Assembly (NCBI GenBank): GCA_040285825.1
Contig: JAUPSS010000005.1
Coordinates: 806,001-870,000, forward strand
Length of the DNA: 64,000 nucleotides
Direction: 5' to 3'
Origin: Eukaryota sp. TZLM1-RC
Lineage: Eukaryota; Protista; Metamonada: BaSk clade
Positions 52,675 to 64,000 of the stretch are shown in pieces. Position 1 is the first letter of the stretch. Every line of letters starts with the position of its first letter. Made by a program: the position numbers and the translations under genes. The notes under the pieces are model-generated. The model was not told the origin of the DNA and ran no database searches. It saw only the letters and a program-made list of their open reading frames with translations.

Positions 52675-55169
52675 AAAACTTCAAAAGTTGCATCCTCAAG
52701 AAAATTTCAAGTGCAGCAAGCCTGAAGTGTGTCCTTTTTGGATTGAAAATCCTATTACTGCAATTGAAGTTCTTAAAGCTATTCAAAAATTGCCAAAGGG
52801 GAAAGCAGCAGGCCCATCTGGAATTTCTTTTGATCTGTTAAAAATAGCGTGTTCCAGTGCTCCCGAAATTGCTGATGATCTAGCCCACTATTTTCAACAA
52901 TTGATTGTTTTGAAAATTAATCCTCCATTTGAATTACTCGCAGCACGTCTGATTGCTTTAGTAAAGCCTGGAAACGGAATCAAACCTGATGGAATACGCC
53001 CAATTGCTGTTGGTGAATCTCTTTCTCGTTTGCTAGCATCAATTGTCTTCGATCGTGTCAAAGACAAAGCTTCTACATTTTTGAATCCTCATCAATTTGG
53101 AATCAAAACAATTGATGGTGCTTCTGTTGCTGCTATTGCCTCTGATACCTTTTTTAATGCAGAGGAAAATAATTTTATTTTTAATCTCGACTTTAAAAAT
53201 GCTTTTAATTCTGTAAAGCGAGAAGCAATTTTTGAAATTATTAAATCTGACTTTCCTGAGCTATCGAGTTTTTTCTACCATTTTTATGGGAAAGAATCAG
53301 ATTTAATTTTTAATTCATTTGGTCTTAAATCATCTTCTGGAGTGAAGCAGGGAGATCCTTTAGGCCCATTATTGTTTTGTTTAGCTATTCACAAAACTTT
53401 AAATATCATTAAGCAAAAATACCCTTCTATAAAAATAGTTGCTTATATGGATGATATATCCTTGATTGGTTCATTTGATTTACTAGAATTGGTTGCTCAA
53501 GAAATTGCCGATTCATATGAAAATATTGGGCTTCATCTTAATGCCAGCAAATGCCTTCTGATTGGCTCTTCTGCTCAAGACCTCGTGATAAACGATTCTA
53601 TTGTCCCTTTTACTAATTATAGTAGTGATGCTTTTAAGTTCCTTGGTTGTTGGTTAGGAAATGTGCCTCAAATTCAGAATGAATTGCAAGTTATTTTGGA
53701 AAAAATGAAAATTGAACTTGATTCAATTTCTTCTTTAGATATAGAAAAGCATATTAAATTTTTCATGCTTAAAATTTGCTACACTGGGAGAATAACCCAC
53801 ATTTTGAGATCTTGTGCTCCTTCCATAGCATTAGATTTTTGTCGTTCTTTTAATTCATTGAGAACAGAATTTTTGCTGATTTATTGGATGTAGAACCAGG
53901 AATGTTGAAAAGCCATTTATTTTCTTCAGCAAATTTGGGTGGTATTGGTTTTAGTAAATCTTCAATTTTGTGTCAATCAGCATTCTTGGGTGGTGGCAAA
54001 AATTTTATTTATGAATTTTCTCGTAGATTTCCTGATGATTCTCATCTGTTAGTCCCCAATTTTTTTTTTTATTTATTTATTTATTTATTAAAATTGTCCC
54101 CAATTGTAGTCCCTATTTGTATGAGTTATCTTGTGAACTTGAAAAATTACCGCCACAAATTTGGACCAAATGTTTTCCTCAATCAATTCAAGAAATTCCA
54201 AACCGATCTCTATTTAATTTACAGTTTTGCTGTAAAAAGCTTCAACAAAAATTGTCAAAGATTTTTGAAAGCTTGGATTTTGATGTTAGACTTGGCTTGG
54301 CCAAGAAAAAGAATCCCGCTTTTGCAAATCTTTTACAAGATATGTGTGACAGTACTTCTTCTGCCTTAGTAACAACAATTCCACAAGTTTATGGTACTCT
54401 CTTATCCGATTCTGCTTGGACTCTGAATATGAGATTTCGTTCCTTTATCTGGCCTGATAATTTACCTCATAATTTAATTTGTAAATGTTCTCAAGAAATT
54501 ACAACTACTCATTTGTTAAATTGTAAACATTTTATTACTTTTAGAAGCAAGGTTCATGATGCTGTAAGAGACCAGTTATATTGTATGTGTAAATCTCATA
54601 GAATTGAATCCTTCTTGGAACCTTTGTTGTCAAATCTGTTTGATGCTGAAAATGATTTTCATAAGAATAATAGAGGTGATGTCATATTACCTGGATTAGA
54701 TGGAAGCTTCATTTTATTGGATGTAATGTCTGTTGATCCTTGTAATGCCTCAAATGAAAGGCTTGTTAATTCTGAAATTCATAATCCCCTTTCAAATGCT
54801 GAAAATTTTAAATTCAAAAATACAATGAACCATTGTCCAAATTGGCCAGTCTACAGCATGCAAAATACAATTTGTATCCATTTGTATTTTCCCTTTTGGT
54901 TCACTTGCACCAACTGCTTTACGTTTTTTGGATGATTTTGAAATGATTGTAAAGAGAAGAACTGGCAGAAATTTCAACAGATTGTTTTGGCAAAATAGAA
55001 TTGTGTTTTCTATCTTTAAGGGGATGTTGAAGATGGTTTCTGATGCTTTGCTTTCTCTTGGATCTCACTATGAGAGAGTTGCATCTAGTGTTTTTGTTTT
55101 GGGAGAGATGGATTTTTTAGATGTTGATTTATAGGTTTTGAATAAAATTAAATTTTAAAAAAAAAAAAA
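52675..55169 (+). mobile_element. Family A, 5'-truncated, inserted antisense into A
   Basis: RT through DVDL with a long A tail. TSD agaagagccaa at 52664-52674 and 55170-55180. Confidence 0.95.
54062..54095 (-). mobile_element. Tail-only insertion, (TAAA)n plus oligo(A)
   Basis: TSD gtccccaatt at 54052-54061 and 54096-54105. Confidence 0.85.
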
Positions 55170-57974
55170 AGAAGAGCCAATCAGAAGGCATTTGCTGGCA
55201 TTAAGATGAAGCCCAATATTTTCATATGAATCGGCAATTTCATGAGCAACCAATTCTAGTAAATCAAATGAACCAATCAAGGATATATCATCCATATAAG
55301 CAACTATTTTTATAGAAGGGTATTTTTGCATAATGATATTTAAAGTTTTGTGAATAGCTAAACAAAACAATAATGGATTTAAAGGGTCACCTTGCTTCAC
55401 ACCAGATGATGATTTAAGACCAAATGAATTAAAAATTAAATCTGATTCTTTCCCATAAAAATGGTAGAAAAAACTCGATAGCTCAGGAAAATCAGATTTA
55501 ATAACTTCAAAAATTGCTTCTCGCTTTACAGAATTAAAAGCATTTTTAAAGTCGAGATTAAAAATAAAATTATTTTCCTCTGCATTAAAAAAGGTATCAG
55601 AGGCAATAGCAGCAACAGAAGCACCATCAATTGTTTTGATTCCAAATTGATGAGGATTCAAAAATGTAGAGGCTTTGTGTGTGACACGATCGAAGACAAT
55701 TGATGCCAGCAAACGAGAAAGAGATTCACCAACAGCAATTGGGCGTATTCCATCAGGTTTGATTCCGTTTCCAGGCTTTACTAAAGCAATCAGACGTGCT
55801 GCGAGCAATTCAAATGGAGGATTTATTTTCAAAACAATTAAATGTTGAAAATAGTGGGCTAGATCATCAGCAATTTCGGGAGCACTGGAACACGCTATTT
55901 TTAAGAGATCAAAAGAAATTCCAGATGGGCCTGCTGCTTTCCCCTTAGGTAATTTTTGAATAGCTTTAAGAACCTCAATTGCAGTTATAGGATTTTCAAT
56001 CCAAAAAGGACACACTTCAGGCTTGCTGCACTTGAAATTTTCTTGAGGATGCAACTTTTGGAGTTTTTCAAGGGTATCAGAGTTTAGATCAGCCAAAGAA
56101 GAGGAAAACAAAGTCTACTTTGCGGCACCATAACGACCACGTAAGCACAATTTTCGACAAATTTTTGATTTTACAATTTTTCTATTTCCAAATTTTTTCT
56201 TAAAACAATTTTTGTTTTTTCTAGCAAAATATTTCCAAAAGGATGAAATATTCCACTTATTATTTTTCAATTCAGAAGTAAAATTTCTCATTTCCATTGA
56301 GAAGGGGATTGTGCTGGCGGGACTTATTTCTACTGGGATCCGGATCGGGGGTCTTACGGTATCAACGGCTTTACAATTCGTACAAAACAGAAGTTTTCGA
56401 CCATTTCGTGAATCTGCAACATCTTTTTTGCAAAATGGACAACAAAAATTACTGTTTTCAGAAGAGGAAGAAGAGGAAACACTAGAAGCATTTAACTGTT
56501 GATCGTCAGAAACATCATTTTCAGCACCTTTCACAACGGCAACAGCTGGAACAGAACATTTGAGAATTTGTTGAGCAGATTTTAAATCAAATTCTCTTTT
56601 TTGCTTCTCAGGGCACGTTCTCGAATTATGACCACTGATACCACAAATCGAACACTTTTTAGAACCTTTTAATGGCAGTGGTTTCATTTTTTCAGTTCTT
56701 TCAATTTTGTCAATTTTTGAGTTAAAAGTAGAAATAGACTTTTGACTTTTTGCAGTTTCAGCTGGAGAAAACAAATTTCGAGAAACAGGGTTGTTAATAG
56801 AACGCGCAACAGAACGCAAGGAACGTAATGGTGGTTTTTCTGTGTTTTTTCTGGTACAATGATCAGTTTTTGAATGAAATTTTTTTTGAGATGAATTTCG
56901 AGCATAGCTTGTATTGTGGGGAGAGTGGGGAAGTGGAGTGGATGAGCTTGATCTGACTGGTACAATCTTTGCTTGGGCGTTCCAATCAGTATCAGAGTCA
57001 CTATCAGCCAAAGGCATCGTTTTGACAAAGAAACAGTACGACTTTGACGCCTTGACAGAAAGTGAAATATGAAAGGGTTGACTAAGGGAGGGAGAAAAAA
57101 AAATTTTGTTAAATTGTCTACAAAAATTGTAAGTTAGGGATGGAGGTAATGATCTCAGTAAATGAGTAATTTTTCCAGCATAACAAATTTTCAAAAGAAA
57201 AAACTTAAGATGTTTTTCCAATTCAAGAGTCTTTATGACTTCTAGCTCTTTTTTAATTGAATTAAAATAATTTTCAAGGCTATCAAGTGTTTTTTCGGCG
57301 GAACCTAAATAGCAACCAAGAAAGCAGAAACTAGTTGAAGTATAATCAATATATGGAACTTCAAGGGAATTAATTATTAACTTAACATTTTTCCTAGAAA
57401 TACAAAAACATTTTTGAACATTCAACTCAAGACCTATGGAAATTTCATAAGAATAATAGAGGTGATGTCATATTACCTGGATTAGATGGAAGCTTCATTT
57501 TATTGGATGTAATGTCTGTTGATCCTTGTAATGCCTCAAATGAAAGGCTTGTTAATTCTGAAATTCATAATCCCCTTTCAAATGCTGAAAATTTTAAATT
57601 CAAAAAATACAATGAACCTTTGGCCAAATTGGCCAGTCTACAGCATGCAAAATACAATTTGTATCCATTTGTATTTTCCCTTTTTGGTTCACTAGCACCA
57701 ACTGCTTTACGTTTTTTGGATGATTTTGAAATGATTGTAAAGAGAAGAACTAGCAGAAATTTCAACAGATTGTTTTGGCAAAATAGAATTGTGTTTTCTA
57801 TTTTTAAGGGGATGTTGAAGATGGTTTCCGATGCTTTGCTTTCTCTTGGATCTCACTATGAGAGAGTTGCATCTAGTGTTTTTGTTTTTGGAGAGATGGA
57901 TTTTTTAGATGTTGATTTATAGTTTTAGAATAAAATTAAAGTTATTAAAAAAAATTTGGACCAAATGTTTTCCT

Positions 57975-59921
57975 GTATTTTTGATGTCCTTCTTCATGAT
58001 TTTCCTGAACTTACTGCATATTTTTATTTATTTTATGGAAAAAAATCAGACTTAATTTTTGACTCCTTTACCCTTGAATCTTCTTCTGGTGTGAAACAAG
58101 GTGATCCTCTTGGCCCTTTGCTGTTTTGTTTGGCTATTCATAATATTATTAAAATGACACAACAAGATTTCCCTGATTTGCGTATTGTTGCCTATATGGA
58201 TGACATTTCTATTATTGGTTCTTTTGAAAGCATTTCTAGGGTTTCTGAAGACATTGCGGCGAAATACAAAGAAATTGGTTTAGCTTTGAACCCATCTAAA
58301 TGTCTCTTGATTGGTAGAGAAAAACAATCTTTGATGATTGGTGGAACTCAGATTCCTTTTATCAATTATGACCAACAAGCTTTTAAGTTTCTTGGATGTT
58401 GGCTTGGCAATTTGGATGAAATTTATTCCCAGTTAAACAATTTATTGGAGAAGTTTGACAAGGATCTTAGTTTTATTGCTGAATGTGACATTGAGAAACA
58501 CATCAAATTTTTTATTTTAAAAATTTGTTATTCTGGAAAATTCACTCATATTTTAAGGTCAACTCCCCCTTCGGTATCTCTCAATTTTTGCAGATCTTTT
58601 AACAAACTTCGAGTCAAATTTTTTTCTTCTTTATTAGAAGTAAATGAATCTTTAATTCGAAGTCATGTATTTTGTTCAGCAGATTTGGGTGGAATTGGAT
58701 TCACCAAATCTTTGATTCTGTGTAAAGCAGCTTTTTTGGGAGGTGGTAAAAATTTTGTTTTTGAATTTTTCCAAAGGTTCCCTTTTGATGTTCATCTGAT
58801 CAATGGTGAATCAAATTTTTACTTGAATCAACTGCAATGTGAATTAGAAAATTTGCCTAGTGATATCTGGATTCAGTGTTTTCCTCAAAATGTTCAAGAA
58901 ATTCCCACTCGATCACTTCCAAATTTACGTTTTTGCTTGAAAAAGCTTCAGCACCATCTGGTTAAATTATATGAAGGCTTGGATTATGAAGTAAGACTTG
59001 GCTTGGCCAAAACTAAAAATCCCGCTTTCGGTAATTTTTTAAAGGATATTCGTGATAGTTCTGCTGCTGCTTTAGTAACTCAAGTTCCCTCTGTTTATGG
59101 ACTTTTGTTAAAAGACAATGAATGGCTTCTAAACATGCGTTTTCGTTGTTTTCTCTGGCCAAACAATTTGCCCAATCATTTAACTTGTAAATGTGGTAAA
59201 CCTCTTTTGTTTACTCATCTTTTGAACTGTAAACATTTCATTACGTTTAGAAGCAAAGTGCATAATAACGTCAGGGACCAAATTTATGTAATGTGCAAAT
59301 CATATCGTGTAGATTCCTTTTTAGAACCGCTGTTATCAAAATTAATTCTTGATGATCCCAATATTGATAGTACGCGTTACAACAGAGCTTCTATGGGTCT
59401 GACTAGAGGTGATTTAGTTGTTCCTGGTTTAAATGGTAGTTTTACTATTTTGGACGCCATGTCTATTGACCCTTGTAATTCCTCTAACGAACATTTCATT
59501 AACTCGGATGTAAATAATCCTCTTCTTGCAGGCGAAAAATATAAAATTGCTAAATATGCGAAACCCATTTCCTCGGTTAATGAAAATTCTCATGCCCAAT
59601 ATAATTTATGTCCATTTGTTTTTTCTTTGCTTGGATCTCTAGGTAAGGCTGCTATGGCTTTCCTTGAGGATTTTGTTGTAGTTGTAAAGGAAAGAACTGG
59701 AAGAATTTTCAATCGTGTTTACTGGCAAAACAGGATTGTATTTTCTATTTTTAAGGGAATGGTAACACTAATTTCTGATTCACTATCTTCTTTTGGGAAA
59801 TTTTCTGAATCTTTGGCGATTAATTGTTTTGATGTAGGGGAGGCAGGTTTTGAGGATGTGGAGTTTTAATTGTGTATTTCATATTTGTTGTTGAATAAAA
59901 ATAAAAATTTGTAATAAAAAA
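57975..59921 (+). mobile_element. Family E, 5'-truncated, with an uninterrupted RT-RLE frame
   Basis: ORF to 59869 with QGDPLG, YMDD, RGDL and FEDVEF. TSD aaatgttttcct at 57963-57974 and 59922-59933. Confidence 0.95.
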
Positions 59922-59942
59922 AAATGTTTTCCTCAATCAATC

Positions 59943-61460
59943 ATTTTTTTTTTCTTCCTCTACATATAACCGTTTAACTTAAAACCTGGCTGAACCGAGA
60001 TCATTGCTTCTATTCTTTCTTGTTGATGTCTGAATCAGTTTCTGATTTTAATGGAGTCAAAAGAAAGAACGATAGTCAACAAGATGCTCAAGACGTCCTT
60101 TCCACCTCTCCTCCTCAACCTCTTCTCTCTTCATTTTTGGACAAAAAAAATTCTGATCAAGAATTTTTAGACAATCACGATGAAAAAAAAGTTTGTTCAA
60201 AAACAAAGCCACGCTCCTACAGATGCTCAAAGTGTCGACAACAGGGACATAATGCTCGAACATGCCCCAATGTTGGAAAAAAATGATGCGGCAAATTCTG
60301 AAACAAAATGTAAAAGAAAATTTATTAGAAGGAAAGAGTCTAAGGTAGAACCCATAAATAATGCTCCACAAGTTGTTGCAAAACCAGTTAGCAATCGATT
60401 GAAGCACAAAACTTGCAACACTTGTGGTATTTCTTTTAGAAAAAATGCAAAAGGAAAAACTTCTGATCGCTGCTTGAAATGCCGCATAGTTGATAACTAC
60501 CATCCTCCTATAAGAATACCTCAAGAAATTCATCCGACCAAATGCAATGAATTTGCTTTCGTTTTTCAAAGATTTTTGGATCAATTATGTAAAGGAAAGT
60601 ATGCTATTAATATTATTTGGGAATTTTTGGTTCTTTTTGTCCTCCTTTTGAACAAAATTTCGTTAATATTTCCGAAGATTTAACTAATATAGCACCGAGA
60701 AATCAGTCATCCGAGAAATTAAGTAAAATTTTTGAAGACAAATGCTTTGACAACAAATGGTCCAAGGCTTTGTCAGCTTTAAGTCCCGGAGTCAAAGCAC
60801 CGAACAATGAAAATACAGTAGATAAACTGAAAATACTTCATCCTTATGAAGACCCTATTATGGATCAAAATTTTTACGGCACATACTGGGAAAATTATCC
60901 ATTGATGCCATCAGAAGTTTTTTCGGTTATCAAAAAGAGACCTCGTGGTAAGTCTGCCGGACTTTCTGGTATTACTATTGATCATGTAAAAGCCGCGATT
61001 ATTTCTTCAGAAGATTGCCTTGGTTTATTGACCAAATTTTTCAACCAAATATTATCTGGTCAACGCAAGTACCCAGAAGAATTAAGAAGTTCTCGTTTGA
61101 CTGCACTTGTCAAAAATTCAAAAATGGATGTTCGCCCTATTGCAGTCTCTGAGAGCTTACATAATATTTTTTCTGCGTGTTGCTTAAGCAGGTTCAATGA
61201 AAAAGCTAAAAAGATTTTATTACCCTTTCAATATGGTATAAATACTACAGATGGAGTCTCTTCAGCGATTTTTGCTACTGATGTCTTATTTCGTCAAAAT
61301 GAATCCAATGTTTGCATGTCATTGGATTTTAGTAATGCTTTCAATTCGCTAAGTCGTCGCAGTATCCACGGTGCTCTATTGCAATATATGCCAGAATTAA
61401 TACCATATTTTCAATCAACATATTGCACATATTCTAATTTACATTTTGGTAACAACATTT
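59943..61460 (+). mobile_element. Family D 5' half, interrupted by A
   Basis: a-T10-cttcctctac leader, ATG at 60026, knuckle and N-terminal RT. Confidence 0.9.
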
Positions 61461-64000
61461 TTTTTTTTTAAAATTTAATTTTATTCTAAACCTATAAATC
61501 AACATCTAAAAAATCCATCTCTCCCAAAACAAAAACACTAGATGCAACTCTCTCATAGTGAGATCCAAGAGAAAGCAAAGCATCAGAAACCATCTTCAAC
61601 ATCCCCTTAAAATTTTTTTAAAAAATTAATTTTATTCTAAACCTATAAATCAACATCTAAAAAAATCCATCTCTCCCAAAACAAAAACACTAGATGCAAC
61701 TCTCTCATAGTGAGATCCAAGAGAAAGCAAAGCATCAGAAACCATCTTCAACATCCCCTTAAAAATAGAAAACACAATTCTATTTTGCCAAAACAATCTG
61801 TTGAAATTTCTGCCAGTTCTTCTCTTTACAATCATTTCAAAATCATCCAAAAAACGTAAAGCAGTTGGTGCAAGTGAACCAAAAGGGAAAATACAAATGG
61901 ATACAAATTGTATTTTGCATGCTGTAGACTGGCCAATTTGGACAAAGGTTCATTGTATTTTTGAATTTAAAATTTTCAGCATTTGAAAGGGGATTATGAA
62001 TTTCAGAATTAACAAGCCTTTCATTTGAGGCATTACAAGGATCAACAGACATTACATCCAATAAAATGAAGCTTCCATCTAATCCAGGTAATATGACATC
62101 ACCTCTATTATTCTTATGAAAATCATTTTCAGCATCAAACAGATTTGACAACAAAGGTTCCAAGAAGGATTCAATTCTATGAGATTTACACATACAATAT
62201 AACTGGTCTCTTACAGCATCATGAACCTTGCTTCTAAAAGTAATAAAATGTTTACAATTTAACAAATGAGTAGTTGTAATTTCTCGAGAACATTTACAAA
62301 TTAAATTATGAGGTAAATTATCAGGCCAGATAAAGGAACGAAATCTCATATTCAGAGTCCAAGCAGAATCGGATAAGAGAGTACCATAAACTTGTGGAAT
62401 TGTTGTTACTAAGGCCGAGGAAGTACTGTCACGCATATCTTGTAAAAGATTTGCAAAAGCGGGATTCTTTTTCTTGGCCAAGCCAAGTCTAACATCAAAA
62501 TCCAAGCTTTCAAAAATCTTTGACAATTTTTGTTGAAGCTTTTTACAGCAAAACTGTAAATTAAATAGAGATCGGTTTGGAATTTCTTGAATTGATTGAG
62601 GAAAACATTTGGTCCAAATTTGTGGCGGTAATTTTTCAAGTTCACAAGATAACTCATACAAATAGGGACTACAATTGGGGACTAACAGATGAGAATCATC
62701 AGGAAATCTACGAGAAAATTCATAAATAAAATTTTTGCCACCACCCAAGAATGCTGATTGACACAAAATTGAAGATTTAGTAAAACCAATACCACCCAAA
62801 TTTGCTGAAGAAAATAAATGGCTTTTTAACATTCCTGGTTCTACATCCAATAAATCAGCAAAAAATTCTGTTCTCAATGAATTAAAAGAACGACAAAAAT
62901 CTAATGCTATGGAAGGAGCACAAGATCTCAAAATGTGGGTTATTCTCCCAGTGTAGCAAATTTTAAGCATGAAAAATTTAATATGCTTTTCTATATCTAA
63001 AGAAGAAATTGAATCAAGTTCAATTTTCATTTTTTCCAAAATAACTTGCAATTCATTCTGAATTTGAGGCACATTTCCTAACCAACAACCAAGGAACTTA
63101 AAAGCATCACTACAATAATTAGTAAAAGGGACAATAGAATCGTTTATCACGAGGTCTTGAGCAGAAGAGCCAATCAGAAGGCATTTGCTGGCATTAAGAT
63201 GAAGCCCAATATTTTCATATGAATCGGCAATTTCTTGAGCAACCAATTCTAGTAAATCAAATGAACCAATCAAGGATATATCATCCATATAAGCAACTAT
63301 TTTTATAGAAGGGTATTTTTGCTTAATGATATTTAAAGTTTTGTGAATAGCTAAACAAAACAATAATGGGCCTAAAGGATCTCCCTGCTTCACTCCAGAA
63401 GATGATTTAAGACCAAATGAATTAAAAATTAAATCTGATTCTTTCCCATAAAAATGGTAGAAAAAACTCGATAGCTCAGGAAAATCAGATTTAATAACTT
63501 CAAAAATTGCTTCTCGCTTTACAGAATTAAAAGCATTTTTGAAGTCGATATTAAAAATAAAATTATTTTCCTCTGCATTAAAAAAGGTATCAGAGGCAAT
63601 AGCAGCAACAGAAGCACCATCAATTGTTTTGATTCCAAATTGATGAGGATTCAAAAATTTAGAAGCTTTGTCTTTGACACGATCGAAGACAATTGATGCT
63701 AGCAAACGAGAAAGAGATTCACCAACAGCAATTGGGCGTATTCCATCAGGTTTGATTCCGTTTCCAGGCTTTACTAAAGCAATCAGACGTGCTGCGAGTA
63801 ATTCAAATGGAGGATTAATTTTCAAAACAATCAATTGTTGAAAATAGTGGGCTAGATCATCAGCAATTTCGGGAGCACTGGAACACGCTATTTTTAACAG
63901 ATCAAATGAAATTCCAGATGGGCCCCTTAAAAATAGAGGACACAATTCTATTTTGCCAAAACAATCTGTTGAAATTTCTGCCAGTTCTTCTCTTTACAAT
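61461..64000 (-). mobile_element. Family A 3' end (61461-61612, resuming 63923 to the window end)
   Basis: Tail at 61461. Interrupted by another A. Confidence 0.85.
61613..63922 (-). mobile_element. Family A, 5'-truncated, inserted into A
   Basis: ORF 61843-63945 covers RT and RLE. TSD ccccttaaaa at 61603-61612 and 63923-63932. Confidence 0.95.

Larger units (their letters stand above)
51112..57102 (-). mobile_element. Full-length family A split by another A
   Basis: T-run leader at ~57102 and a nonsense TAG at 56115. TSD attttgttaaatt at 51099-51111 and 57103-57115. Confidence 0.95.
49814..57441 (-). mobile_element. Family B variant, 5'-truncated (49814-51111 plus 57103-57441)
   Basis: ORFs 49855-51085. 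Resumes after the nested A. Confidence 0.85.
49643..57955 (+). mobile_element. Family A 3' fragment (49643-49813 plus 57442-57955), outermost shell of a five-level nest
   Basis: The pieces are colinear, with tttcataa duplicated at both junctions. Confidence 0.8.

Noticed and set aside
56115-57425. Apparent fusion proteins (also 18466..19866, 15454..16029, 29915..30904)
   Set aside because: They are chance in-frame read-through across insertion junctions, several of which are marked by TSDs.
3417-63922. Orientation bias of inserts relative to the host element
   Set aside because: A hand tally gives roughly similar numbers of same-strand and opposite-strand insertions.
1735-64000. Fixed target such as a spliced-leader gene, rDNA, tRNA or telomeric repeat
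   Set aside because: No such sequence is visible and the TSDs differ. The repeated A-in-B junction at 30861, 33446 and 38487 is better explained by duplication.

Overview
This is AT-rich, apparently eukaryotic DNA read with the standard genetic code; I cannot name the organism. Bases 1-1627 are the 3' end of a host gene for an acidic protein built from 27-aa repeats. From about 1.7 kb to the end of the window (~62 kb) the sequence is almost entirely non-LTR retrotransposons nested inside each other. They are single-ORF RT plus restriction-like endonuclease (RLE) elements of the CRE-like type. I distinguish six families by their protein C-termini: A ...FLDVDL, B ...FEEIDF/FEDIDF, C ...LEDIEF, D ...FVEEILV, E ...FEDVEF, F ...FEKIDF. 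An unidentified ~470-bp repeat (G) is also present. Full-length elements are 3.2-3.5 kb: a T8-10 pyrimidine leader, a ~90-nt 5' UTR, one ~1050-1120-aa ORF (CCHC knuckle, C4 finger, RT with YMDD, zinc motif, RLE), a very short AATAAA-containing 3' UTR and oligo(A). About 20 insertions have readable 7-14-bp target-site duplications (TSDs). All of these lie inside other repeats, share no target sequence, and nest up to five levels deep. The cluster also records an unequal crossover, a TSD-splitting inversion, a segmental duplication and tail-only insertions. Main hypothesis (inference): a multi-family, region-targeted RLE retrotransposon cluster, possibly centromeric or heterochromatic, whose conserved acidic-hydrophobic C-terminal peptide may tether to a host factor. 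Family letters are my own labels and junction coordinates are accurate to a few bp.
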